NCBI GenBank assembly: GCA_049840735.1
Contig: JASGJN010000002.1
Span: 1 to 64,000 of the forward strand
Length of the DNA stretch: 64,000 bases
Direction of reading: 5' to 3'
From: Anaeromyxobacter sp.
GTDB lineage: Bacteria; Myxococcota; Myxococcia; Myxococcales; Anaeromyxobacteraceae
Shown here: positions 25,313 to 36,961 of the stretch, piece after piece
How positions within the stretch are numbered: the first letter of the stretch is position 1
How the letters are laid out: every line of letters begins with the position of its first letter
The notes under the pieces: generated by a model
What the model was told of the DNA's origin: nothing
Databases searched by the model: none
What the model saw: the letters and a program-made list of their open reading frames with translations, nothing else
Program-made: the position numbers and the translations under genes

Positions 25313-26023
25313 ATGGCCCTCGCACGCGAGTCCCTCGCTCCCCGTGAACCCCGGCGCACCTCGCGCCTGGCCCTGCTCTGGAGCAGCGCCATCGGCAAGA
25401 AGGCGCTGATGGCGGTGACGGGGCTGGTGCTGTTCGCCTACGTCTTCGTCCACATGCTCGGCAACCTGCAGGTGTTCGCCGGTCCGGAGCAGATCGACGC
25501 CTACGCGCGCCTGCTCCACGTCTCGCCCCAGCTGCTCTGGACGGCGCGCGTGGTGCTGCTGGGCGCGCTGGGCGTGCACGTCGTCGCCGGCGTGCAGCTG
25601 CACGGCCGCGCCCACCGGGCCCGCGGCATCGCCTACGCCGACTACCGCCCCGAGTCCTCCTCGGCCGCCTCGCGCACCATGATCTGGAGCGGGCTCCTGA
25701 TCCTGGCCTTCGTCGTCTACCACGTGCTGGACCTGACCGTGGGCGTCGCCAACCCGGACTTCCGGGAGGGCGAGGTGTTCCACAACGTGCTCGCCACCTT
25801 CGGCCGCGGCGTCGGGATGGTCGCCTACGTCCTGGCCATGATCGGCCTGGGGTTCCACCTCTGGCACGGCGCGTACTCGATGTTCCAGACGCTGGGCCTC
25901 TCCAACCGCCGCCTCACGCCCTCGGCGCAGCGCTTCGCCGCCGGCGCGGCGGTGGTGATCACGCTGGGCTTCTCCTCCATCCCGCTCGCCGTGCTGATCG
26001 GCGTCCTCCGCCCGGTGCAGTGA
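25313..26023 (+). CDS. sdhC: Succinate dehydrogenase/fumarate reductase cytochrome b subunit
   Basis: SAIGKK..MAVTG, HMLGNL, ASRTM, FHLWHG..S.FQTLG. Confidence 0.92.
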   Translation: MALARESLAPREPRRTSRLALLWSSAIGKKALMAVTGLVLFAYVFVHMLGNLQVFAGPEQIDAYARLLHVSPQLLWTARVVLLGALGVHVVAGVQLHGRAHRARGIAYADYRPESSSAASRTMIWSGLLILAFVVYHVLDLTVGVANPDFREGEVFHNVLATFGRGVGMVAYVLAMIGLGFHLWHGAYSMFQTLGLSNRRLTPSAQRFAAGAAVVITLGFSSIPLAVLIGVLRPVQ

Positions 26024-27939
26024 CCATGGCCCTCGACTCCCGGATCCCCGCCGGCCCCATCGAGCAGAAGTGGGCGCGGCGCAAGTTCGAGCTGAAGCTG
26101 GTCAACCCCGCCAACAAGCGGCGCTACACGGTGATCGTGGTGGGCACCGGCCTGGCCGGCGGCGCCGCCGCGGCGTCCCTGGCCGAGCTGGGCTACGACG
26201 TGCTGGCCTTCTGCTACCAGGACAGCCCGCGGCGCGCCCACTCCATCGCCGCGCAGGGCGGCATCAACGCCGCCAAGAACTACCAGAACGACGGCGACTC
26301 GGTGCAGCGGCTCTTCTACGACACCGTCAAGGGCGGGGACTTCCGCGCCCGCGAGGCCAACGTGCACCGGCTGGCCGAGCTGTCGGTGAACATCATCGAC
26401 CAGTGCGTGGCCCAGGGCGTCCCCTTCGCCCGCGAGTACGGCGGCACGCTGGCCAACCGGTCCTTCGGCGGCGCCCTGGTCTCGCGCACCTTCTACGCGC
26501 GCGGCCAGACCGGCCAGCAGCTGCTGCTGGGCGCCTACCAGGCGCTGCTGCGCCAGGTGGCGGCCGGCAAGGTGAAGACCTTCCCGCGCACCGAGATGCT
26601 GGAGGTGGTGCTGGTGGACGGCCGGGCGCGGGGCATCGTGGCGCGCGACCTGGTCACCGGGGCGGTGGCGTCCTTCGCCGCCGACGCGGTGGTGCTGGCC
26701 ACCGGCGGCTACGGCAACGTCTTCTACCTCTCCACCAACGCGCGCGGCTCGAACGCCACCGCCATCTGGCGCGCCCACCGCAAGGGCGCGCTCTTCGCCA
26801 ACCCCTGCTTCACGCAGATCCACCCCACCTGCATCCCGCAGTCCGGCGAGTACCAGTCCAAGCTCACGCTGATGAGCGAGTCGCTGCGCAACGACGGGCG
26901 GGTCTGGGTGCCGAGGCAGCGCGGCGACGCGCGCGCGCCGGACCAGGTCCCCGAGGCGGAGCGCGACTACTACCTGGAGCGGATGTACCCGACCTACGGC
27001 AACCTGGCGCCGCGCGACATCGCCTCGCGCGCCGCCAAGGTGGTCTGCGACGAGGGGCGCGGCGTGGGGCCCAGCGGGCTGGGTGTCTACCTCGACTTCC
27101 GCGACGCCTTCGCCCGGCTGGGCCGCAAGGTGCTGGACGAGCGCTACGGCAACCTCTTCGAGATGTACGAGCGGATCACCGGGGACGACCCGCACCAGGT
27201 GCCCATGCGGATTTACCCGGCCGTCCACTACACCATGGGCGGCCTGTGGGTGGACTACGACCTGATGTCCACCCTCCCGGGCCTGTTCGTGGGCGGCGAG
27301 GCCAACTTCTCCGACCATGGCGCCAATCGGCTGGGGGCCAGCGCGCTCATGCAGGGGCTGGCCGACGGGTACTTCATCCTGCCCTACACGGTCGGTGACT
27401 ACCTGGCGCGCGGCGGCCTGGCCCGCGTCGACACCGCCCACGCCGCCTTCCGCGACGCCGAGCGCGAGGTGCTGGCCCGCACCGGGCGGCTGCTGGGCGT
27501 GAAGGGGCAGCACTCGGTGGACCACTACCACCGGCTGCTGGGGCGGCTGCTCTGGAACGACTGCGGGATGGCCCGCACCCGCGCCTCGCTCACCCACGCG
27601 CTGGGGGAGATCCCCAGGCTGCGCGATCAGTTCTGGCACGACGTGCGGGTGACCGGCACCGGCGAGGAGCTCAACCAGGAGCTGGAGCGGGCCGGCCGCG
27701 TGGCCGACTACCTGGAGCTGGCCGAGCTGATGTGCTTCGACGCGCTCCAGCGCGAGGAGTCCTGCGGCGGCCACTTCCGGGTCGAGCACCAGACGCCGGA
27801 CGGCGAGGCGCTCCGGCACGACGAGTCCTTCACCTACGTGGCGGCCTGGGAGTGGAAGGGCGTGGGCGAGACGCCGGCCCTGCACGCGGAGCCGCTGACC
27901 TTCGAGAACGTGCCGCTCCAGCAGCGCAGCTACAAGTGA
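26020..27939 (+). CDS. sdhA: Succinate dehydrogenase/fumarate reductase flavoprotein
   Basis: [54 protein letters not shown]. Confidence 0.96.
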   Translation: MTMALDSRIPAGPIEQKWARRKFELKLVNPANKRRYTVIVVGTGLAGGAAAASLAELGYDVLAFCYQDSPRRAHSIAAQGGINAAKNYQNDGDSVQRLFYDTVKGGDFRAREANVHRLAELSVNIIDQCVAQGVPFAREYGGTLANRSFGGALVSRTFYARGQTGQQLLLGAYQALLRQVAAGKVKTFPRTEMLEVVLVDGRARGIVARDLVTGAVASFAADAVVLATGGYGNVFYLSTNARGSNATAIWRAHRKGALFANPCFTQIHPTCIPQSGEYQSKLTLMSESLRNDGRVWVPRQRGDARAPDQVPEAERDYYLERMYPTYGNLAPRDIASRAAKVVCDEGRGVGPSGLGVYLDFRDAFARLGRKVLDERYGNLFEMYERITGDDPHQVPMRIYPAVHYTMGGLWVDYDLMSTLPGLFVGGEANFSDHGANRLGASALMQGLADGYFILPYTVGDYLARGGLARVDTAHAAFRDAEREVLARTGRLLGVKGQHSVDHYHRLLGRLLWNDCGMARTRASLTHALGEIPRLRDQFWHDVRVTGTGEELNQELERAGRVADYLELAELMCFDALQREESCGGHFRVEHQTPDGEALRHDESFTYVAAWEWKGVGETPALHAEPLTFENVPLQQRSYK

Positions 27940-27951
27940 ACGGAGGAACGG

Positions 27952-28779
27952 GTGCGGATCGTCCTGGAGATCTGGCGTCAGCGCGGCCCCGGGGAGGAGG
28001 GGCGCTTCGTCACCTATGAGGTGCCGGACGTCAACGAGCACATGTCCTTCCTGGAGATGCTCGACGTCCTGAACGAGCAGCTGGTGGCGCGGGGCGAGGA
28101 CCCGGTGGCCTTCGACTCCGACTGCCGGGAGGGCATCTGCGGCACCTGCGGGTTCCTGGTGAACGGCGAGGCCCACGGCCCCCTCTCCAACGCCACCATC
28201 TGCCAGACGCACATGCGCCACTTCGGCGACGGCGACCGGCTGCGGCTCGAGCCCTGGCGCGCCGTGGCCTTCCCGGTGCTGCGCGACCTGGCGGTGGACC
28301 GGAGCGCCTTCGACCGGATCATCACCGCCGGCGGCTACGTCTCGGTCCGGACCGGCAGCGCCCCGGAGGCCAACAGCATCCTGGTGGGCAAGCCGTCCGC
28401 CGATCGCGCCATGGAGGCCGCCGCCTGCATCGGCTGCGGCGCCTGCGTGGCCGCCTGCCCCAACGCCTCGGCCGCGCTCTTCACCGGCGCCAAGGTCACC
28501 CACCTCGGGATGCTCCCGCAGGGCCAGCCGGAGCAGCCGCTCCGCGTCGTCGCCATGGCCACCCAGGCCGCCGAGGAGGGCTTCGGCCACTGCACCTCCA
28601 TCGGCGAGTGCGCCGCGGTCTGCCCGGCGGGCATCCAGCTGGAGGTGATCGCGCGGATGAACCGCGACTTCCTCAAGGCCGCGCTGTCGCGCCGGGACGA
28701 GTCCGAGCCGCTGGCGGTGGTCCCGCGCGGCGCGTCGCTCTCGAAGTACCTCTCCGAGCCCGGGGACCAGGGGCCCTGA
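27952..28779 (+). CDS. sdhB: Succinate dehydrogenase/fumarate reductase Fe-S subunit
   Basis: [23 protein letters not shown]...GEC...CP. Confidence 0.96.
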   Translation: MRIVLEIWRQRGPGEEGRFVTYEVPDVNEHMSFLEMLDVLNEQLVARGEDPVAFDSDCREGICGTCGFLVNGEAHGPLSNATICQTHMRHFGDGDRLRLEPWRAVAFPVLRDLAVDRSAFDRIITAGGYVSVRTGSAPEANSILVGKPSADRAMEAAACIGCGACVAACPNASAALFTGAKVTHLGMLPQGQPEQPLRVVAMATQAAEEGFGHCTSIGECAAVCPAGIQLEVIARMNRDFLKAALSRRDESEPLAVVPRGASLSKYLSEPGDQGP

Positions 28780-28783
28780 GCCG

Positions 28784-29626
28784 TCACGCCTGGCCCATGT
28801 GCCCGTCCAGCACCACCATGCCGCCCAGCCGGTCCAGCCCCGGCACCGAGAGAACCAGCGCGTCGGCGATGCAGAGCGCGCTCACCGCCGCGCGCCGGGC
28901 CGGCCGCGCGTGCTCGTAGCTGCCGTCCGGGAGCAGGAAGCGGGTGAGCCGGCCCACCAGCGAGTAGGCGCGCAGGCTCAGGTCGGGCACGAAGCGCCGC
29001 ACCAGCGCCAGCTCGGCCGGCTCCAGCGGCCGCTCGTCCGGCGTGCCGTCCGGCGCCACCGGCAGCGCCAGCCGCAGGCGGCGCAGCACCGGGCTCCAGA
29101 CCACCGGCTCGGAGAAGAGGAACCGCGCGCCCGGGCGGGCCAGCCTCGCCAGGACCGCCAGCGCGCCGGGCAGGTCGTGCAGCAGGTGGTGCAGCACCCC
29201 GTCGCCCCAGATCACGTCGAAGCTGCGCGCCGGCAGCGGCGCGGTCTCGAGCGGCGCGCAGACGAAGGCGGGCTGGGCGGGGAGCGGCGTGGCCCGGGCG
29301 CGCGCGCTGGCGGCCTCGATGGAGCGCGGGGAGACGTCCACGCCGGTCACCCGGGCGCCGCGCGCGGCCAGCAGGATGGCGTTCTCGCCGGTGCCGCAGC
29401 CCACGTCCAGCACGCGCAGGCCGGTCAGGTCGCCCAGCGCCCGCAACCGGTACTCCTTGCTGAACCAGGGCCGCCCCCCGGCGCGGTAGCGCGCCAGCAC
29501 CGCCGGGTCGAGGCCGCGCGCGGCCTCCTCGGCGGAGGGCGCGTGCGCGTCGAACCAGGCCGCCTCGGACCGCCAGATCCGCTCCGGCTCGAGGGAGGAG
29601 CGCTCGCTGGGTGCGGTGTTCGCCAT
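28784..29626 (-). CDS. Class I SAM-dependent methyltransferase
   Basis: VLDVGCGTG, GVDVS, FDVIWG..VLHH, TPDERPL. Start uncertain. Confidence 0.85.
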   Translation of the reverse strand: MANTAPSERSSLEPERIWRSEAAWFDAHAPSAEEAARGLDPAVLARYRAGGRPWFSKEYRLRALGDLTGLRVLDVGCGTGENAILLAARGARVTGVDVSPRSIEAASARARATPLPAQPAFVCAPLETAPLPARSFDVIWGDGVLHHLLHDLPGALAVLARLARPGARFLFSEPVVWSPVLRRLRLALPVAPDGTPDERPLEPAELALVRRFVPDLSLRAYSLVGRLTRFLLPDGSYEHARPARRAAVSALCIADALVLSVPGLDRLGGMVVLDGHMGQA

Positions 29627-29733
29627 GGCTCTCCACGGTGCTGCCCGGCGCGCGGGCCGGCCATTCCCCGGGCCGAGGCGGGCCCCCATGCGACTCATCG
29701 TGAACCCGGCCAAGGTGGGGCCCCGGACCCCCG

Positions 29734-30879
29734 CTAGACCGCCCCGCCGTAGGCGATGCGCGGGGTGCGGGTGCCGGTCAGGTCGCCGTAGAGCGCGTCG
29801 TAGGAGAGGCGCATCTGGTCCACGTTGAACTCCTGCTCCACGATGCGCCGCCCCTGCTCCCCCAGGCGCCGGCGCAGCCGCTCGTCCCCGAGCAGGTCCA
29901 GCATCCGCCGCGCCAGCGCGGCCGGCGCGCCGGGCGGCACCAGGAAGCCGTTCTGCCCCTCGCGCACCACCTCCGGCGAGCCGCCCACCGCGGTGGCCAC
30001 CATGGGCAGGCGCACCGCCATCCCCTCCAGGATGGCGTTGGAGATCCCCTCGGCGTAGCTGGCCGAGACCCCGGCCACAGCGCGCGCCAGCAGCGCCGGC
30101 GCGTCGTGCCGGTGGCCCAGGAAGTGGCAGCGCTCGGCGATGCCCAGCTGGCGCGCCTGGCGCTCCAGCGCCGGCCGCCGGACGCCGTCGCCCACCAGCA
30201 CCAGCCGCGCGTCCGGGCGCTTCCGCACCACCTCGCGCATGGCCACCAGGAGGTCCCCCTGCCCCTTCACCGGGTGGTGCATGTTGGCCACGCAGGCGAA
30301 GGCCCCGGGCGCGGGCGCCGGCGCGTCCGGGGCCCGCCGGGCGCGCCGATCCAGCTCCGCCAGGTCCACGCCGTTCCGCACCACCGCGATCCGGTCCGCG
30401 TCCACCCCCTCGCGCACCGCCAGGTCGCGGATGCAGAGGGCGTTGACCAGCACCCGGTCGGCCACGCGAGAGGTGAGCTGCAGCAGCGGGCGGCGGTAGC
30501 CGACCAGGTGGTGGCCCAGGTCCACGCGGGTGAGGATCACCGGGATGCCCGCCAGCCGCGCGGCCAGCGTGCCCAGCACGTTGGTGTAGACGTCCTGGGC
30601 GTGGATGACGCCGATCGACTCGGTCCGGCAGAAGCGGACGATGCGCGCCACCTGCCAGGCGGTGCCGGGCCGGAGCATCCGGTCCCCCACGTCGAAGACC
30701 ACCGGGCGCACGCCGGCCGCCTCCAGATCGGCCAGGTGGTCGCCGTCGAGGTGGAGCACCGCCACCACCGGCTCGTAGCGGGCCCGGTCCATGGTCCGGA
30801 CGTTGAGGACCGTCTGCCGCTCCTGGCCCCCGATCCGGAAGCGGTTCTGGAAGATCAGCACCCGGACCGGACCGCTCAC
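29734..30879 (-). CDS. GT4 glycosyltransferase (ExoK-like)
   Basis: GGQERQ, VRNGVD, KGQ, EGISNAILEGMA, VGGSPEVV. Confidence 0.9.
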   Translation of the reverse strand: MSGPVRVLIFQNRFRIGGQERQTVLNVRTMDRARYEPVVAVLHLDGDHLADLEAAGVRPVVFDVGDRMLRPGTAWQVARIVRFCRTESIGVIHAQDVYTNVLGTLAARLAGIPVILTRVDLGHHLVGYRRPLLQLTSRVADRVLVNALCIRDLAVREGVDADRIAVVRNGVDLAELDRRARRAPDAPAPAPGAFACVANMHHPVKGQGDLLVAMREVVRKRPDARLVLVGDGVRRPALERQARQLGIAERCHFLGHRHDAPALLARAVAGVSASYAEGISNAILEGMAVRLPMVATAVGGSPEVVREGQNGFLVPPGAPAALARRMLDLLGDERLRRRLGEQGRRIVEQEFNVDQMRLSYDALYGDLTGTRTPRIAYGGAV

Positions 30880-32138
30880 GCGCCCTCCGCGGCGGCCCGC
30901 AGCCCAGCCAGGCGGATGGCCGCCACCGAGCAGGCGAACAGGAAGTAGAGGAACCAGGACAGCGAGTAGCCGTTGACCATCTCGCAGAGCAGGTACCCCG
31001 CCAGCCCGGCGAAGACCGCCCGCGCCTCGTTCCCCACCCACGGGTCCTGGCCCGCGCGCCAGAGGCGCCAGAGCAGCCAGGCCGAGAAGGCGGCGAAGAG
31101 CGCGAAGGCCACCACCCCCAGCTCTCCCACGATCTCCAGCAGGATGTTGTGGGCCACGAAGCGGTGGCCGCCCGCCTCCAGCGGCGCGTAGGGGCCCCAG
31201 GCCGACAGGAACGCGCCCGCGCCCACGCCGGTGAGCGGCCGGTCCTCCACGATCCGCCCCAGCACCAGCCAGGCGTGGCGCCGGCCCGTCACCGACGCGT
31301 CCTCCTCGTAGTCGGCGATGGTGCGGCTGCGGGCCCAGAAGGTCTCCGGCGCGAACAGGGCCAGGCCGGCCACCAGCGCGCCGATGGCCAGGACGCCGCG
31401 CCCGGCCCGGCGGCCGCGCAGCAGGAACAGCGCCGCCGCCAGCGCCGCCGCCACCGCGCCCGAGCGCGAGTGGGTGAGGACGATGGCCGTGACCTGCGCC
31501 GCCGCCGCCGCCGCGCCCAGCAGGCGCAGCCAGGGGCGCCGCGCGCCCATGGCCAGGTGGAGCGCGAAGGGCAGCACCGCCACCAGGCTCATGGCCAGCC
31601 GGTTGGGGTCGGCGAACAGGCCGCGCCAGGCGGTCCGGAAGCCCTCCACCAGGTGGTCGTCGGTGGCCCTTCGCCAGACGCCGCCCAGGGCCGGGCCCAG
31701 CGAGGCCACCGCCGCCACGCCCATGAAGCGGCGCAGGCGCGACGGCGTGTCGAGCGCGTTCTGTATGCCCAGGAAGACCACGCCCATCTTCATCCCCTCC
31801 ACCGCCGAGGCGGCGGTGGAGGTCGGCGCGATGGACCAGAGCCAGGAGGCCGGGACGAAGGCCAGGTAGGCGAGCAGCAGCGCCGCGCCGCGCCCGCCCA
31901 CCCGCAGCCGGTCGCCCGAGACCAGGCGGTGAACCAGCACCGCGCCGGCGCAGGCCCCCATGGCCAGGAAGCTGAGCCGCAGCTTCTCGAACCACGGGTA
32001 CCAGTACATGGGGTTCGCGTAGAGCAGCGCCACGAAGGCCAGCGCCGAGGCGAAGGCCACCCGGCTCCAGCGCCGCGTGGCCCGCTCCAGCCCGGCCTCG
32101 CGCGCCGCCAGCGCCGCCTCGTAGGTCGCTGCGTGCAT
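30876..32138 (-). CDS. Wzy_C / O-antigen ligase family polymerase (ExoJ-like)
   Basis: Multi-TM protein with DPNRLA, THSRSG, PLTGVGAGAF, AHN..LE..GELG. Confidence 0.88.
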   Translation of the reverse strand: MHAATYEAALAAREAGLERATRRWSRVAFASALAFVALLYANPMYWYPWFEKLRLSFLAMGACAGAVLVHRLVSGDRLRVGGRGAALLLAYLAFVPASWLWSIAPTSTAASAVEGMKMGVVFLGIQNALDTPSRLRRFMGVAAVASLGPALGGVWRRATDDHLVEGFRTAWRGLFADPNRLAMSLVAVLPFALHLAMGARRPWLRLLGAAAAAAQVTAIVLTHSRSGAVAAALAAALFLLRGRRAGRGVLAIGALVAGLALFAPETFWARSRTIADYEEDASVTGRRHAWLVLGRIVEDRPLTGVGAGAFLSAWGPYAPLEAGGHRFVAHNILLEIVGELGVVAFALFAAFSAWLLWRLWRAGQDPWVGNEARAVFAGLAGYLLCEMVNGYSLSWFLYFLFACSVAAIRLAGLRAAAEGA

Positions 32139-32148
32139 CGATGCCTCC

Positions 32149-33330
32149 CTAGCCCGGGACCGCCGCGCGCGCCGCCGCGCCCACCCCGCCGCCCTCCACC
32201 GCCGCGACGTGGGCGCGGATCTCCTCGACCCGCGCCTCCCAGCCCTCCGCCGCCACCAGCGCCGAGCGGACCCGCGACGGCCCCGGGTCGCGCAGCGCCT
32301 CGGCCACCGCCGCCAGGAACCCGGCCCGGTCGCGGGCCACGGTGCAGCCCGGGATGCGCCGCAGCTCGGGCAGGTCGGTGCAGACGTTGGGCAGCCCCGC
32401 CGCGACGTACTCGCGCGCCTTGAGGGGGTTGGCCGCCAGGGCCAGCGCGTTGAGCCGGAAGGGCGTCAGCGCCACGTCGAAGCCGCGGCACCAGGCGGGC
32501 AGCTCGGCGTAGGGGCGGCGGCCGAAGAGATGCACGTTGCGCGCCCCCTCCAGCGCCCCGAGCCCGGTGATCACCTTCCCCACCAGCACCACCGACCCCT
32601 GCGGCCAGGCGTCGGCCACCGCCCGCACCAGCTCGAGGTCGATCCAGTCGGCCACCAGCCCGAAGAAGCCGATCACCGGCCGCGGCAGCCCCGCCAGCGG
32701 GGCCGCCGGCGCCAGCCCCGGCTCGAGCGCCCGCGCGAAGTGGGCGTGGTCCACGCCGTGGCGCACCAGCACCGTGCGCGGGTTGTAGGGGCGCTTGTCG
32801 GCCACGAGCTTCTCGGAGGAGGCGATGACCAGGTCGGCCCGGCGGAGCAGCCTCCGCTCCAGGGCCGCCACGTGGCTGGACGCGTCGCTGAAGGCCGAGA
32901 ACTCGTCCACCACGTGGTAGAGCACCAGCGACTCGCCCAGGCTGCCGGCCACCGTGGCGGCGCTGGGGAGGAAGCTCCAGGAGATGGGCGCCCGCATCCC
33001 CAGCCGCCGCATGGCCCGCCGGACCTGGAGCCGCAGCAGGGTGCGGTTGGCCTGGCGGGCCGCCTCGCTGCCGTAGGCCGGCAGGTAGAGGGGCGCCAGC
33101 ACGTGCAGGTTGGGCTCGGGCTCGGTCAGGCCGCGCGCGACGTCGCGCAGCTTCTTCCAGGCGCGGCGCGCGTCGGCGGCGGTGGCCCGGGGGGAGCGGT
33201 TGCCGATCGAGTTCACCCACAGCACCCGGTTCTCGCGGGCCAGGATTCGCATCACGTGGGTCTTGGAGAGCGGGTCCCCGTCCCAGTCGTTGGAGAAGCA
33301 GACGATGTCCCGGCCGGTGAGGGTGCGCAC
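32149..33330 (-). CDS. Glycosyltransferase (GT4-like)
   Basis: CFSNDW..DPLSKTH, YHVVDEF, HGVD, NPLKAREY.AAG. Confidence 0.88.
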   Translation of the reverse strand: MRTLTGRDIVCFSNDWDGDPLSKTHVMRILARENRVLWVNSIGNRSPRATAADARRAWKKLRDVARGLTEPEPNLHVLAPLYLPAYGSEAARQANRTLLRLQVRRAMRRLGMRAPISWSFLPSAATVAGSLGESLVLYHVVDEFSAFSDASSHVAALERRLLRRADLVIASSEKLVADKRPYNPRTVLVRHGVDHAHFARALEPGLAPAAPLAGLPRPVIGFFGLVADWIDLELVRAVADAWPQGSVVLVGKVITGLGALEGARNVHLFGRRPYAELPAWCRGFDVALTPFRLNALALAANPLKAREYVAAGLPNVCTDLPELRRIPGCTVARDRAGFLAAVAEALRDPGPSRVRSALVAAEGWEARVEEIRAHVAAVEGGGVGAAARAAVPG

Positions 33331-33401
33331 GCCCGCAACCTGCGACCGGTCGGCACTGCCCGGCGACCGTCCATCGGGGGACGGCGCTCGCGTGCGTGGC
33401 C

Positions 33402-34605
33402 TCACCGGGCCGTCCCCCGCGCCGCGGGCGGCGGCCCCGGCGCACGCCTGGGCTGCGGCAACACCCGGGCCGCGGGCGGCAGCGCGCCGGAGTACTCGCC
33501 GGGCACCGGACGGGCCAGGCCCAGCGCGTGGAAGACCCCCTCCAGGTTGCAGGTGGCCAGCGCCGGGCTGTAGCCGGCGGGACCGAGCGTGGTGTTCTCC
33601 CAGAGCATCTTGCGCCCCAGCACCAGCGGATCGCCGCCTCTCCGGTTCTCGGTGTCCTCGGTGGTCACCGCCGTCTCGAAGCCGCAGGAGGCCACCAGCC
33701 GGCGCAGCCCCGGCGAGTGGTAGCCGTTGGGGTACGCGAAGTGCCGCGGCGCCCGCCCCAGCTGCGCCGCGATTCTCGTCCCGGCAGCCCTCCACCTCGC
33801 GCCGCGCCCGCGCCGGCGCGAGGTGCGGCAGCACCGCGTGCGTGACGGTGTGGCCGCCCACCTCCACCCCCGCCGCGGCCAGGGCCCGCACGTCGTCCCA
33901 GCCCATCATCCGCGTCCCGGGCGGCAGCTCGCGCTCGTGCAGCCCCACGCGCGCCTCCAGCCCCGAGGCCAGCGCCAGCAGCCCGGCCTGCGGCAGGCGG
34001 GCGATGAGCCCGTCCAGGGTGGCGGCGGGGCCGCCGGTGCAGGCGTCCAGCGCGGCCTGCAGCGGCCCCGGCAGGCCGGCCTGGTGCGGCGCGATCCCGC
34101 GGGCGGCCAGCTCGGCCAGCGCGGCGAAGATGCGATCGTGCGGCAGCCGGTGGCTGGTCCCGACGTAGCCGGTGACGACGTAGGCGGTGGCCGGGATTCG
34201 CAGCGCCGCGAGGATGGGCAGCGCCACCCCGTGGACGTCGGCGTAGCCGTCGTCGAAGGTGACCGCCACCACGTCGCGGCGGCGCCGGCGGCCGGGGCGC
34301 TCGGAGAGGATCCGGCGCGCCTCCGAGAGCGAGACCAGCTCGCGCGTGCGGGCCAGCCCCTCCAGCTGCCTCCGCAGCGTGGCGGTGGAGACCAGCAGCG
34401 AGGCCAGCCCCTCCCGCGCGCTGGCCTGGTAGTCGGGGGTGACGCGGTGGTAGGAGACCACCAGCACCCGCACCCCGCCGGCCTGCCAGCGCCGGAGCGC
34501 GCCCACCGCCCGGTGGAGCCCGGAGGCGGTCAGCGCCCCCGCCACCGCCACCTTGAAGGTCCGGCGCACCATCCAGCGTGCGCTGCCGTCCGCGCGCTCG
34601 GGCAT
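33402..34605 (-). CDS. Polysaccharide deacetylase (ExoL-like; apparent frameshift ~33772)
   Basis: YHRV, VTFDDGYAD, GGHTVTH, then FAYPNG in the shifted frame. Confidence 0.88.
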
Positions 34606-34608
34606 CTG

Positions 34609-35784
34609 CTAGCCCTCCCCCGCGGGCGCGCCCGCCGCCGCCGCGGCCCGCCGTCGGGCCAGCTGCAGCGCGCCCCAGAGCCGGGCCGGGGTCACCGCTC
34701 GCGCCACGCCGCGGGCCGCCCGGAGCGCGCCGTCGGCCGCGGTCACGGCCCCGGCCCGCAGCGACGGCGCCCGCAGGCGGACCGCGCAGGTCTCGCGCCG
34801 GTCGGCGGTCCAGTCGAGCTTGTAGGGCTCCTCGCCGCGCAGGAAGTCGTAGTCGGTCAGCCCGCGCGCGTACGCGTCCTCCACCGTGCGCGCCACCAGC
34901 ACGGCGCCGGGGCTGCGGGCGGACCAAGCCGGATTGTAGCCGGACTGGTAGTAGTAGAAGCGCCGCCCCAGCTCGAGGCCGTAGACCGCCGCCACCGCCG
35001 CGCCGCCCACGCGCAGCCGGTAGAGGCGCAGCCAGCCGCGCGCCGCCAGCGCCGGCGCCACCGCGCGGTGGAACGCCTCGGGCGGCCCCGCGGGGATGCC
35101 GTAGGAGCCGCCCTCCACCGCCCAGCGCAGCCGGTGCAGGCGCAGGAAGTCCTCCATCGCCTCCGGCGCCTCGGCGGCCGTGGAGGCCACCTCCACGGCG
35201 AAGCCAGGCTGGCGCGCCAGCCAGCGGACGCGGCGGCCAAGCGTCTCCCGCCGCCGCACGCGCCGCAGGTGGCTGGCGTAGTCGCCGCGCAGCGCGAACC
35301 CCGGGCAGCTGAAGCGGCGGAGCACCTCGGCCCGCGCCCCGCGGAGGCCGGCCGCGTCCAGCAGCGCCGCGACGGAGGGGGAGCCGCAGGGCAGGTCCTC
35401 CAGGTCCAGCACGTCCCAGCCCTCCCCGCCCAGCAGCGCCCGGGCCAGCGCGGCGCGGACCTCGGCCGCGTCCTGCGGGCGCGCCAGCACGTCCAGGCCG
35501 TCGGCGCCGGTCAGGCCGTTGCCCAGCAGCCGCCAGCGGCGCGCGCCGGGCAGCCCCGGGCTGGCCGAGAGCGCCAGCACGCCCGCCAGCGCACCCGCGC
35601 CGTCGCGCGCCTCCAGCAGCCAGAGCGCGCGGCGCGCGCCCAGGTGACGCCACCAGGCGTGGAGCCACTCGTGGGAGAGGAAAGGGCAAGGCTCACCCGC
35701 CGCCGCGAAGAGCGCGCGCCACTCCGGGCCGAGCGCCTCGAGGCGCGCCGGGTCGCGGCTGGAGCGGACGGTGAGCGCGCTCAC
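34609..35784 (-). CDS. CelD/BcsL-type GNAT acyltransferase (ExoI-like)
   Basis: PFLSHEW..AWW, LHRLRW, YYQSGY.P, SPG, DFLRGEEPYK..W. Confidence 0.87.
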   Translation of the reverse strand: MSALTVRSSRDPARLEALGPEWRALFAAAGEPCPFLSHEWLHAWWRHLGARRALWLLEARDGAGALAGVLALSASPGLPGARRWRLLGNGLTGADGLDVLARPQDAAEVRAALARALLGGEGWDVLDLEDLPCGSPSVAALLDAAGLRGARAEVLRRFSCPGFALRGDYASHLRRVRRRETLGRRVRWLARQPGFAVEVASTAAEAPEAMEDFLRLHRLRWAVEGGSYGIPAGPPEAFHRAVAPALAARGWLRLYRLRVGGAAVAAVYGLELGRRFYYYQSGYNPAWSARSPGAVLVARTVEDAYARGLTDYDFLRGEEPYKLDWTADRRETCAVRLRAPSLRAGAVTAADGALRAARGVARAVTPARLWGALQLARRRAAAAAGAPAGEG

Positions 35785-36961
35785 CCCAGCGCCTCCCGCA
35801 CGCAGCGGGCCAGGAAGGCCATGTCCTCCGGCCCCAGGTCCTGGTGCACCGGCAGCTCCAGCACCTTGCGCCGCAGCGCCGCCACCTCCGGGAAGGCCTC
35901 AGGCGGGCAGAGCGGGTGCCCGGTGCGCCAGAAGTCCACCGCCTCGATGCCGCGCGCCGCCAGCCGCGCCTTGACCGCGGCCTTGTCCTCGCAGAGCAGC
36001 GGGTAGAAGAGCGGGCAGGCGCCGGCGTGCAGCTCGGGCAGGACCGGCGGCACGCGATCGCGCAGCCGGCCCAGCAGCAGGAAGTAGTTGCGCCGGCGGG
36101 CCGCCACCACCGCGCCGGCGTCCAGCCGCCGGGCCACCAGGCCCGAGAGCCTGCTCATGCCCAGCTGCGCGGCGCCGGGGTCGAAGGTGCTGGTGCCGGT
36201 CGAGACCGGGTGCAGCCCGGAGGCCCCGCGCACCAGCTGCACGCTGCGGCGGGCCGCGGCGCGGAGCGCCTCGCCGGTGCCACCCAGCCTGAAGGCCACG
36301 TTGGAGAGCAGCGCGCCCCCCGCGTGCGAGAGCGTGGAGCCGAGCGGCGCCCGCTCCGGGCGGGGCAGCACCCCGCGGACCGCCGGGTCGTCGATCACCA
36401 GCGCGCCGCCGTTGGGGACCGGGAGCGTCTTGTAGAAGCAGAGATCCCCACCGCGCCGGTGGAGCCCAGCGGGCGGTCTCCTTCCGCCGCCAGCAGCGAG
36501 AGGGCGCAGTCCTCGATCACCGGCACCCCGAGGCGCCGCCCCAGGGCGTTGAGCTCGTCCATGGGCTGCGCGAACCCGGCGTAGTGGATGGCGTAGATGG
36601 CGCCGGTGCGCGGCCCGGCCTGCGCCTCGAGGTGCGCCAGGTCGAGCTGCATGCGGGCGTCCACCCGCACGAAGCGCGGCACCGCGCCGGCCGCCACCAG
36701 CGCCGAGACCTCCACCCCGTGGTGGTAGGCCGGCACCAGCACCTCACGCCCGGCCAGCCCCAGCAGCCGCACCGCGTGGAAGACCGCGTTGCGCGCGAAG
36801 TAGAAGCGGGTCAGCCGCGGCGCGGTGAACGGGAAGGGCTGGGGGCGGTCGGCCCCCAGCGGCGAGAGCATGCCCGGCCAGAGCGTGGGCAGGGCCGGCA
36901 GGTAGCGCCGGCGCGGGGGCTCCGGCTCGGGCCAGGTGCGCAGGGTGAGCGCCGACTTCAT
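35781..36961 (-). CDS. DegT/DnrJ family PLP aminotransferase (ExoH-like; apparent frameshift ~36441)
   Basis: VLVPAY, IHYAGF, IEDCAL, then FYKTLP (PLP lysine) after the shift, RRRNY, LELPVHQ. Confidence 0.87.
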
